Of a stretch of DNA of 64,000 nt, positions 19,709 to 27,973 are shown piece by piece. How positions within the stretch are numbered: the first letter of the stretch is position 1; each line of letters starts with the position of its first letter. The stretch is taken from positions 9,824 to 73,823 of IMG/VR virus record IMGVR_UViG_3300033073_001271; one strand, 5' to 3'. The notes below the pieces were generated by a model. The model saw nothing but the letters and a program-made list of their open reading frames with translations, did not search any database and was not told the origin of the DNA. The stretch comes from a virus. Taxonomy: Duplodnaviria > Caudoviricetes. Made by a program: the position numbers and the translations under genes.

Positions 19709-20124
19709 AAGTATATATTGGGAATAGAAATTTTAATGATGAATCATTTAAAGTAATTACAGAGCCAGAAATTTTAAGTTATATAGCAGAAGATTCAGAA
19801 TGTAATACAATTATTATAGATAATTCATTATCTAAACTAAAATTTGCGGATGCAGTAAATACAATATCTATAGCTGTCACTAAACTTAGAACAAACGGTG
19901 TGTTAATTATAAACGATATCGATTTTGATTTATTGACATATTTATACAGTAGAAATCCTAACTTGCAAGAGTTAAATAACTTAGTTTCTGGTATTAATGG
20001 ATTTAAATCTTTTTTATCTAATGACTTAATAAAACAAATCATGAGTAATTTTCCAAACCTAAGTTTAAAAGGTTCAGTGCTTAATAACTTAGAGTTTAGA
20101 CTAGAATACATCAGAGAGAACTAA
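19705..20124 (+). CDS. Hypothetical protein, possible degenerate class I methyltransferase-like fold
   Basis: Short Rossmann-like pattern ending KLRTNGVLIINDIDF. No glycine-rich SAM loop seen. Confidence 0.4.
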   Translation: MKVYIGNRNFNDESFKVITEPEILSYIAEDSECNTIIIDNSLSKLKFADAVNTISIAVTKLRTNGVLIINDIDFDLLTYLYSRNPNLQELNNLVSGINGFKSFLSNDLIKQIMSNFPNLSLKGSVLNNLEFRLEYIREN

Positions 20125-20663
20125 TGAGAATAGGATATATTCTAATATTAAAAGAAGCTAAATACTTTGAAAATTTAGTAAACGAATTGTCAAATATTAA
20201 AAACTCCAACCCAATTTGGGTTGGAGTAGTTATAGATGTGCCAGAGTATTACGAACAAATTATCAGCATTTTAAATACTTTTGGCTGTGATTTCAACGTT
20301 GTATATAATTTAAAAAATGATGAGGATATATATAAATTAGATCTATTCCATAAATATAAAAATGGATGGACTATAGTTAAAATTGCTGGAGAAGAAACCG
20401 TTGCAGACAAGGAGCTATTAAATAGATACATTTTGGATGGCAATAAAGCTGCAATTATAAAAACTAATAAAGAATCTATAAATGATATGTGCTTTTTTAA
20501 TTTTATATTTAAATATTTGAATGGTAATAAGTATGAAATTAATGAAGAAACAGACGAAGTAATCTTTAAGACATTTGAGGAAAAAGTTTTAGAGAAAGAT
20601 CCAAATATGATAACCACTTGGGAAAAGTTAAATGAAATCTACAGTAATACTACCAATATTTAG
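20124..20663 (+). CDS. Hypothetical protein in glycosylation cluster
   Basis: Translationally coupled ORF with alternating beta/alpha pattern. Confidence 0.55.
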   Translation: MRIGYILILKEAKYFENLVNELSNIKNSNPIWVGVVIDVPEYYEQIISILNTFGCDFNVVYNLKNDEDIYKLDLFHKYKNGWTIVKIAGEETVADKELLNRYILDGNKAAIIKTNKESINDMCFFNFIFKYLNGNKYEINEETDEVIFKTFEEKVLEKDPNMITTWEKLNEIYSNTTNI

Positions 20664-21252
20664 TAATGATAGCGAAGCGGTTAGATCTATAGTCAGTGTT
20701 ATTAATTCTGATCAAAAACCAACAAATTTATGCATAGTAACGACAAATAAGCTAAGTGAAAATAGATTAGCTTCAATCAATGCGATGTTTAAAAGCTGTT
20801 GTGATGGTGGAGAGTATTCTGAATCACTTTCTACGGATAAAAAAGTTATTAAAAAGCTATCATCTGATTTTAATATGTTTAACATTATTCTTAATAATCC
20901 ACTGACAAAACATCCAAACTATTACGCCGCAAAATATCTGAGTGAATCTGATGTATTTTTAACACTGACAGAAGGTTTTGTATATCAGCCAGAATCAATA
21001 GGAAAAATATTAAACAAATTTGAAGATCAACATATTGGAGCTGTTTATTCTGATTATATAGCGCGTGGACGATATACATTTTTGCCAACGTTGCATATAA
21101 TGGCACGAAGTTCAATTCCTGTACTAGAAATAGCATTTAGAAATAATTTGCTTGATATGGAAAAAATAACTATGCAAAATGGAGAAATTATTAATAATAT
21201 ATATGGAAAATCCATTGTAGCACATATACCTGAGCCATTAGTCATAGCATGA
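20632..21252 (+). CDS. Divergent GT2-like (GT-A) protein
   Basis: N-terminal TVILPIF..D and later KFED..IGAVYSDY...HIPEPLV resemble GT2 motifs. A canonical DxD is not evident. Confidence 0.5.
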   Translation: MKSTVILPIFSNDSEAVRSIVSVINSDQKPTNLCIVTTNKLSENRLASINAMFKSCCDGGEYSESLSTDKKVIKKLSSDFNMFNIILNNPLTKHPNYYAAKYLSESDVFLTLTEGFVYQPESIGKILNKFEDQHIGAVYSDYIARGRYTFLPTLHIMARSSIPVLEIAFRNNLLDMEKITMQNGEIINNIYGKSIVAHIPEPLVIA

Positions 21253-21959
21253 GCAGATTTACTAGAAAAATCAAAGGTAAAAATTATCCACCAATACAAG
21301 CAATTATTTTAGCTGCTGGGGTTGGAGCAAGAACTAAATCTTATGAACCAAGATGTTTATTAAAGTTTGGTAAAAAAACGATATTAGAAAATCAAATAGA
21401 AATTTTAACCGAAAGATTTAGTAAATGTGACATTACTGTAGTTGGTGGATGTGATATCAATAAAATTATAAAAAAAGTTGGTAAAAACGCCAGAGTAGTC
21501 GAAAATCAGTTATTTGAGCAGACCAATAGTGGAGAGAGTTTAAGACTAGCTGTAAATAATACGCTTCATGATACAATTTTATTTTTACATGGAGATCTTG
21601 TTATATCAGAAGGTATATTTGATAGAATAGATTTGGGTCACTCTTTCCTGTTAATTGATCAAAAAAATAAATTTGAAGAAAAAGAAGTGGGATTGACAAT
21701 TGTAGATAACAAAGCAACGGTTTTATCTTACAATTTACCAGTAAAATGGTGTCAAATAGCATATCTTGCTCCAAATGAAACAGCTATATTGAGAAAAATG
21801 TTTGCTAAGTCGGATTTTAATACAAAATTTTTGTTGACTTTTGAGATTTTAAACAAAATAATAGAAATGGGTGGATCTTTTACATGCTATGATATTGAAA
21901 ATAGCTATATAAAAGAAATAGATAGCTTAAAGGACATAAATAATGAAGTTATTGGTTGA
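21249..21959 (+). CDS. NTP transferase (sugar-phosphate/phosphocholine nucleotidyltransferase family)
   Basis: AIILAAGVGAR..S..PRCLL, TILENQI, FLHGDLV and EID..KD. Confidence 0.85.
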   Translation: MSRFTRKIKGKNYPPIQAIILAAGVGARTKSYEPRCLLKFGKKTILENQIEILTERFSKCDITVVGGCDINKIIKKVGKNARVVENQLFEQTNSGESLRLAVNNTLHDTILFLHGDLVISEGIFDRIDLGHSFLLIDQKNKFEEKEVGLTIVDNKATVLSYNLPVKWCQIAYLAPNETAILRKMFAKSDFNTKFLLTFEILNKIIEMGGSFTCYDIENSYIKEIDSLKDINNEVIG

Positions 21960-22701
21960 TAAAACATTAGTATCGTATGCTACACCAGCAATTTATGCTG
22001 GATTTCAGGCAGCAAGGCACGATAAATCTATCATGTCTACATTTGACACATTTGATAAAGTAAATCCAGATGTATATATCGCCGATGCAGATTTACTAGA
22101 TGAGTCAGTGCTTAAAAATATTGAAGAAAGGCCGCATCTTAAGGTGTGCATTGTTCAAAAAGATAAATTTGACCAACCGCACGCCAATTTTTCACTTTTA
22201 ACAAGTCGGCTGGGAGATATTTATCCTTGGGTAAATGAATCTGGTCATGCAGAAATACTTGAATACATTAATTTCAGCAATGTTGCAAAGTACAAAGCAG
22301 ATGTAGTGTCAATTGAAGACGTTCCAATCCAAGGAATTGAGAATATACAACTGCCACAGGATGTTATATTTAGAATATTTTCTTCAAATTATGTGCAAAG
22401 CCCCTATTTTTGTGGATTTTTGCCGAATCCAGAAAAAAAACATGTATATGCATCTTCTAAAGTTAGCTTGTCCAGTGGTAATAACTATTATAATTCAGCA
22501 TTTTGCAATTGTTACCCATTAAATAATAACGATAATATTTTAGACGCTATAGATTCAGATAATTCTGCAAAATTAAAAGAAATTAAAGATAGTATTTTAG
22601 AAAGCAATAATAATTTTTATTCAGTATCGTATATTTTAGAATTATTGAATATGACATCAGAAGCAAATAAAATTAAATTGAAACTAAAGGAGCTTTTATG
22701 A
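21943..22701 (+). CDS. Hypothetical protein, possibly glycosyltransferase-related
   Basis: FDKVNPDVYI pattern resembles GT-B N-terminal domains. Lies in the cluster. Confidence 0.45.
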   Translation: MKLLVDKTLVSYATPAIYAGFQAARHDKSIMSTFDTFDKVNPDVYIADADLLDESVLKNIEERPHLKVCIVQKDKFDQPHANFSLLTSRLGDIYPWVNESGHAEILEYINFSNVAKYKADVVSIEDVPIQGIENIQLPQDVIFRIFSSNYVQSPYFCGFLPNPEKKHVYASSKVSLSSGNNYYNSAFCNCYPLNNNDNILDAIDSDNSAKLKEIKDSILESNNNFYSVSYILELLNMTSEANKIKLKLKELL

Positions 22702-23144
22702 ATTTATCATTTGTTGTAAATAATCTAGGGAATTCTGAACAAAATTATCAAATGATTAAACTTATCAATACAATTGCTAAATCTAGCAATACTATTGTGC
22801 CAAATGTTTTTTATCATAATATTATGCCATCAATTATACCAGTTGAATGTTTGCATATGAATATCACAGGATTGAGCGGAATGACAGGAAAAACAGTTAG
22901 TTTTGACGTTGAATCTGCTCAAACAGTGATATCAACAGGAACCCCTACTGAAAATTGGCTTTACTTATGGGATATACCTTGGTTATACTCTGTTGTAAAT
23001 TATCCAGCAGCACTTGATTTGCTAGCTAAGTTTAAAATAGTTGTTCGCAGCGAAAGCCAAAAGGCGAATATTGAAAATTTTACAGGAAGAAAAGATATTT
23101 TAGTAGCAAAAGATATGGACGAGTTTTATAAATGCTTGATATAA
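22698..23144 (+). CDS. Hypothetical protein, possibly a GT-B N-domain fragment
   Basis: MNLSFVV...YLWDIPW...IVVRSE pattern. Lies in the cluster. Confidence 0.45.
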   Translation: MNLSFVVNNLGNSEQNYQMIKLINTIAKSSNTIVPNVFYHNIMPSIIPVECLHMNITGLSGMTGKTVSFDVESAQTVISTGTPTENWLYLWDIPWLYSVVNYPAALDLLAKFKIVVRSESQKANIENFTGRKDILVAKDMDEFYKCLI

Positions 23145-23908
23145 AAAGAATTTGCGATTTATACGATAATAATCATAGTATTAGAGAAATAGCCGATATA
23201 CTGGATACTTATCCTAATAAAATTTTAAGGGAGCTTAAAAAAATAGGCAAGGAGATTAGATCAAAAACCGAAAGCGCAAAAATAGCTTGCGAAAAAGGTA
23301 GGATCAAACCTCCCATGCTTGGTAAAAAAAGAACTCAAGCCGAAAAAGACAATATTGCCAGCAAACAAGCAGCAAGATGGCAAAAAATGTCAGAAGAAGA
23401 GCTAGAGGAATTTAAGAAAAATGCTAAAGATAGGTGGGAAGCAGAAAGTATAGAAGTTAAAATAGATAGACAAAAAAAGGCAGGCGAGGCTTTAAAAAGA
23501 GCTAGTATTGAAGGTTCAAAAGCCGAAAAATTTTTATATGAACAGTTGACAAAATCGGGCTATGATGTTATAATACATAAGACAGGACTTATTCCCGGAG
23601 AAAAGTTCGAAGTCGATCTGTATCTACCATCATTAAAAGTAGCGATTGAGATTGATGGCCCACAACACTTCCTACCAGTATATGGCGAAACTAATCTAAA
23701 TAGAAATATTAAATATGATGCTATAAAAAACGGCGCTTTGATATCTCGTGGAATTTGCGTAATAAGAATTAAATACTTATTAAAGCACACGTCACTTAGC
23801 AGCAACAAAAGACTGTATGATCTTATCATTTCTGAGCTGCAAAAAATTGAAACAGAATTTCCCAAAGAAGGTTATAGGCTAATAGAATTGGAGATGACAA
23901 ATGGTTGA
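23132..23908 (+). CDS. Putative free-standing homing endonuclease (HTH plus NUMOD3 plus Vsr/DUF559-like nuclease)
   Basis: SIREIADIL HTH, PMLGKKRTQAEKDNIAS NUMOD3-like motif, and EVDLYLP..VAIEIDGPQH. Confidence 0.7.
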   Translation: MLDIKRICDLYDNNHSIREIADILDTYPNKILRELKKIGKEIRSKTESAKIACEKGRIKPPMLGKKRTQAEKDNIASKQAARWQKMSEEELEEFKKNAKDRWEAESIEVKIDRQKKAGEALKRASIEGSKAEKFLYEQLTKSGYDVIIHKTGLIPGEKFEVDLYLPSLKVAIEIDGPQHFLPVYGETNLNRNIKYDAIKNGALISRGICVIRIKYLLKHTSLSSNKRLYDLIISELQKIETEFPKEGYRLIELEMTNG

Positions 23909-24656
23909 TGAAAAAATTATGGATAGTATTTTTGACCTCGGCTCAGGTGCTGTATCAAGGGATATTATTGAAGCTGCAACTGATGCGCCGGATACAACTT
24001 CGCCTGAATGGCATGATTATGTAATGTCAAAATTTGCAGACAGTGAACTTATTGAAATTAATGACAAGAAATATCCGAATTGCTACGGACTTCGTAGAGT
24101 TACGCGACTTTTAATGGGTGAAATTATTGCTAGTCGTCCAATTGAAGTGGCTAATGTACAAAACCCAACTCCAAGAACCGTTGTTCGATATGAAGTGACC
24201 GTTGAAACAACTAATGGTCAGCTAGTTACGATTGGCGATGTTGCGGGTGTTTCAGCCGTTAATACTGACGATCTATTTTTAGGATACCCAGATGAAACTG
24301 CTGCTACAAGAGCAGAAGGTAGATGCTTGAGAAAGTTGTTGATGCTTAATTGCGTTGCTGCTGAAGAATTAACTAGAAATAAAGATGTTGCTAAAGCTGT
24401 GCAACAAGTAACAAAATCCGCACCTACTGATGGAACTTATAAAGGTGAAGATCCTATCAGCGATGCACAAACTAAACTTCTAAATAATAAATGTCGGGAA
24501 ATGAACATTGATGTTTTGAAGTTTATCAACCTAGGCGAGAAACAATACTCTCGACTAGATGAAGTTAGTAAGAAAACTGCTATTAATATGATTAAACTCT
24601 TAAATGATTATCAAAATAATAGCAAACCAATTCCACATGAAATTTTAGGAGATTGA
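23901..24656 (+). CDS. Sak/Rad52-like ssDNA annealing protein (tentative)
   Basis: GLRRV..LLMG and AATRAEGRCLRKLL core plus C-terminal PISDAQ..LL module. Confidence 0.5.
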   Translation: MVDEKIMDSIFDLGSGAVSRDIIEAATDAPDTTSPEWHDYVMSKFADSELIEINDKKYPNCYGLRRVTRLLMGEIIASRPIEVANVQNPTPRTVVRYEVTVETTNGQLVTIGDVAGVSAVNTDDLFLGYPDETAATRAEGRCLRKLLMLNCVAAEELTRNKDVAKAVQQVTKSAPTDGTYKGEDPISDAQTKLLNNKCREMNIDVLKFINLGEKQYSRLDEVSKKTAINMIKLLNDYQNNSKPIPHEILGD

Positions 24657-25000
24657 GATTGAGTTTTAATATTACAAAAGGTCCAGATGGAATCAGTATT
24701 AGCGTCAATGGTGATAAAATCACTGATGTGTTTAAGGAACTTGCAAGACTAGAAGAAATTTTTGGAATTAGCAAGTGTGGCAAATGTGGTAGTACTGATC
24801 TATCATTTGTTGTTCGAAATGTGGATGACAATGATTATTATGAAATGCGCTGTAAGAGCCATAAATGCGCTGCTAGGCTCGCGTTTGGTCAGCATAAGAA
24901 AGGTGGAGGCATCTTTCCTAAGCGCAAGGACAAGGACGACAAGTGGCTTCCTGACGGCGGATGGATGAGATGGGATGCCGATAAGAAGAAAGAAGTATAA
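24653..25000 (+). CDS. Hypothetical zinc-finger protein
   Basis: CGKC...C..C..C residues. TTG start at 24653 or 24659 after AGGAG. Confidence 0.65.
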   Translation: MRLSFNITKGPDGISISVNGDKITDVFKELARLEEIFGISKCGKCGSTDLSFVVRNVDDNDYYEMRCKSHKCAARLAFGQHKKGGGIFPKRKDKDDKWLPDGGWMRWDADKKKEV

Positions 25001-25002
25001 AC

Positions 25003-25031
25003 AAAAAGCCCGGAGCGATCCGGGCTTTTTT
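25003..25031. terminator. Bidirectional intrinsic terminator at the convergence of the two modules
   Basis: AAAAA-GCCCGGA-GCGA-TCCGGGC-TTTTTT: 7-bp stem, GNRA loop, A and T tracts on both sides. Confidence 0.92.
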
Positions 25032-25127
25032 ATTTATCGCTATAGTTTACCGCTGTTCGTCTTCAACTATAGTTTGAGAATGAGTCGCGACTCGAAACAG
25101 CAAAAAGGTCGCCAGCTAATCTCTCGA

Positions 25128-26159
25128 TTATAGATATTCAAGGCTTACATATAAGCCATATTGCTTCTTACTTCCGATACTTAGCGGCCTTGCAGATAGT
25201 GCAACTCTCCAAGTGTGGCGAGTATCATATCCACTTCCTGTGCCAAATGAACCGTATGATCCACTTAAATTAGCAAGTGTACCGCTACTAATTCCAGCGC
25301 CACCGCCATTATATCTAGATTGTTCGCTATTATGAATATATTGAATATATTTAGGTTTCAGAACTCCAGATGAGATTGCGCCAGCAAATAAACGACCATC
25401 GCTACCGGGAGAATCCATAAGAGGTACAATCAAACCAGAGCCACCCACAGTCTCATATCCCGGAGGACTTAAACTAGCAACCGCAGAATCTGGATTGCCA
25501 GAAGTTTTTAGATATTGATAATCTGAAAAATTAGAAAATCTAATACCTACAGAGTTTGTATATCCCGGACGAATCGATGTTTGCGGTGTATTTCCACCAC
25601 CAGCAGAGCCTTCGTAACTCGCGCCACTAGGCCACGGTGAACCCCACCAAAATGCATCACCATAAGTGTATTGGCAATTTGCAGAATCCACTCCCATTCC
25701 CGGATTCGCCTTCCAATTAGTAACATATCCAGTGCCTGTAGGTAATGTTGAACCAAAATTTACAATCTCAGCAACTTTAGTAATAACTCCTACTGCCGGA
25801 GTATCTGGATCTGTTCTATCATATATTCTCAGTTGTGCGTTTTGAACTTTGACCGCAGTTGGGTGGTCAAAGTGAATAAACAACGTAGCGTCTGAACCAT
25901 TTAAAGCTGTAAGCATACCAGTTGCCGCAGCTTCTCTACCATAGCACGACGATGGCGTAATATATTTTACATTTCTAACGCTGCCATATCGTGCAGTACC
26001 ATCAGCATTTGTAATGTATGTTGTATCTTGATAACTAGTTGTTGAAACACTAGCACCAAATGTGCTACCGTAAAATCCAAGCCCAGATCCAGTTATTGTA
26101 TTAACTGGAAAAGAACCACCTATCGTCCCATCTAAAACCTCAAAAGAAATTGATGCCAT
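25128..26159 (-). CDS. Putative virion structural protein (Gly/Ser/Thr-rich)
   Basis: AGGAGG RBS, last gene of the structural module, beta-rich composition. Confidence 0.6.
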   Translation of the reverse strand: MASISFEVLDGTIGGSFPVNTITGSGLGFYGSTFGASVSTTSYQDTTYITNADGTARYGSVRNVKYITPSSCYGREAAATGMLTALNGSDATLFIHFDHPTAVKVQNAQLRIYDRTDPDTPAVGVITKVAEIVNFGSTLPTGTGYVTNWKANPGMGVDSANCQYTYGDAFWWGSPWPSGASYEGSAGGGNTPQTSIRPGYTNSVGIRFSNFSDYQYLKTSGNPDSAVASLSPPGYETVGGSGLIVPLMDSPGSDGRLFAGAISSGVLKPKYIQYIHNSEQSRYNGGGAGISSGTLANLSGSYGSFGTGSGYDTRHTWRVALSARPLSIGSKKQYGLYVSLEYL

Positions 26160-26193
26160 TTAAGCCTCCTACGTAGGAAAAAATTTGGTATAC

Positions 26194-26210
26194 CTAATAT
26201 ATAATACACA
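26194..26210 (-). promoter_or_regulatory. Candidate late promoter motif TGTGTAwTAwAwwwTAG, copy 1
   Basis: Minus strand TGTGTATTATATATTAG, directly after a stop codon. It matches copies at 52505 and 55915. Confidence 0.6.
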
Positions 26211-26435
26211 TTACCACTTATTTAAGGGACATTTCTCAGAGTTCCAAGAGGCTTTAACTTTTAAAAAACAACCACAGTTATTACATCTAATTGAAACACT
26301 ATCATACTGATCACAACTTTTACAAATATTCATACGCTTATTAAATTCTTCTTCTGGTGCTTGCTTTAAGCCATCTGCAATATGGTTTATAACAGAGTTA
26401 CCAAAATTTCTTGCAAGATTCACAACGTTATTCAT
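26211..26435 (-). CDS. Small Cys-rich protein (DUF6171-like)
   Basis: RMNICKSC...RCNNCGCFLKVKA....KCPLNKW. Confidence 0.7.
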   Translation of the reverse strand: MNNVVNLARNFGNSVINHIADGLKQAPEEEFNKRMNICKSCDQYDSVSIRCNNCGCFLKVKASWNSEKCPLNKW

Positions 26436-26776
26436 ACAATTAACTCCACAACTTCAGCTTCGTCATTCTCTTTATAAAACATTCCAATTTGAAAAGTGTC
26501 ATCCTCATTATAAAGTGCTTGCACATATTTTTTAAATTTAGTTAAAGCATCTGGTCCACAATCTAAATACATATTAACTGCATGTGACATAAAATTCATT
26601 ACAGTTGGATTAATTAAATTATTTTCAGTGCAGGCAGAACATCCACCTTCTTGGCTCATAGCTTGGTTAATTCTAGAACCAGCTTCTTTTAAATAAAAAT
26701 ATTCCGGTACTTTATTAAAAAAATCTTCTGTAACTAGTAATTGTTTAATAAGACCAGCTTCTAACATAACTTTCAT
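26432..26776 (-). CDS. Hypothetical protein
   Basis: 114-aa ORF with a CSAC motif. ATGA coupling. Confidence 0.6.
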   Translation of the reverse strand: MKVMLEAGLIKQLLVTEDFFNKVPEYFYLKEAGSRINQAMSQEGGCSACTENNLINPTVMNFMSHAVNMYLDCGPDALTKFKKYVQALYNEDDTFQIGMFYKENDEAEVVELIV

Positions 26777-26788
26777 CCTAAATCTCCT

Positions 26789-27973
26789 TTAAGAAATATC
26801 CGTACAGTCAAAATGATATTCACCACCACAACTTGATGATTGAACCTTTCCAGTATTTCCCAGCGTTAAACCCATCCAATTAGAAAACATATAAGTAGGA
26901 TAAATAAAAGATGTTATATATCCATCATCAAAAGTTCCACCAAGATTAAATGGCAAAGTAAAATTACACTCACAATATTGTTGCTCTCCAAAAGATACAT
27001 CTGTGCATTTTTTAATAACTGGTTTTGTGCCTAATCCCGGCGAAGCTCTTACACAATAATCACAGTCGGTGTATCCAGTTACAAATACTCTACCCCCTTG
27101 ACCAGTGCAACCGCAATCAGTATTGCCTGATATATGAAACGTTCTACTTTTTCCACAGTCAAATGGATACCAAGTTACACCATTTATCTCTTCACAGCCA
27201 CATTCTCCAGAAAAATTATAGCATTGCCACATCCGAAGTCCTACTGAATAATTAACACCAACGTCACAACTTTTTTTATATCCGCATTCTTCAAGTTGAT
27301 CTCCATTAATATTACAATCAAAAAAAGATAAATTTGCTCCATCAATTGGTTGGCATACAAAAGCGGGTTTTCCTTGAAGATCTAGCGATTTAGTACATAT
27401 TTTAGAGCCACCTATACATCCAGCAACTGTTTGGCAGCATAAACCTTTTGCATTTCCAGCTCCAGTTGTGCTTTTTAAGCAGTCATAATTATCTTCATGC
27501 GCTAAACCTTCTGCCCTCGGATGGGTGCTGCAAGAATGTTGGTACATAGGTAAGTACATAAAATTAGGTTTATGATTTTTACCTTCCTCCGGATTCACTT
27601 CTGGAAGAGGATATGGATCTTCATTACATCTCGTAGGAAACGTTGGAATTATATTTGGAGATAAATTTAATGCACTTATTTTTTCTATTTTAGAAGCAGT
27701 GCCTCTATTTAAAGTACATACAATTGTTTGAAATTTATCTCCGCTGGGCATTGCAGCATATGAAGCACTAGATGCCATATCTGAAGGTATATTACCACCA
27801 TTCACTAAATAAAGCCCACTTGCTCCATTTGATGCTTTTCTTCTAAAAACTTCTGGAGAAAAGTGAAAAACGGAAGTTTTTTTAGTTCCATAGAATTGAT
27901 TACCATATCCATATGGAAATTTATAATCATCTGATTCAAAATCAAATCCGTTTTTACTTCTTATACTATCCAT
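26789..27973 (-). CDS. Cys-rich putative tail-tip/virion protein
   Basis: Start placed at the ATG overlapping the upstream stop (MDSIR). About 25 Cys in 394 aa by hand count. Confidence 0.55.
   Translation of the reverse strand: MDSIRSKNGFDFESDDYKFPYGYGNQFYGTKKTSVFHFSPEVFRRKASNGASGLYLVNGGNIPSDMASSASYAAMPSGDKFQTIVCTLNRGTASKIEKISALNLSPNIIPTFPTRCNEDPYPLPEVNPEEGKNHKPNFMYLPMYQHSCSTHPRAEGLAHEDNYDCLKSTTGAGNAKGLCCQTVAGCIGGSKICTKSLDLQGKPAFVCQPIDGANLSFFDCNINGDQLEECGYKKSCDVGVNYSVGLRMWQCYNFSGECGCEEINGVTWYPFDCGKSRTFHISGNTDCGCTGQGGRVFVTGYTDCDYCVRASPGLGTKPVIKKCTDVSFGEQQYCECNFTLPFNLGGTFDDGYITSFIYPTYMFSNWMGLTLGNTGKVQSSSCGGEYHFDCTDIS

Noticed and set aside
25032-25127. tRNA gene (TTCGAGTC on the minus strand)
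   Set aside because: No T-stem or acceptor-stem pairing around the motif, so no cloverleaf.
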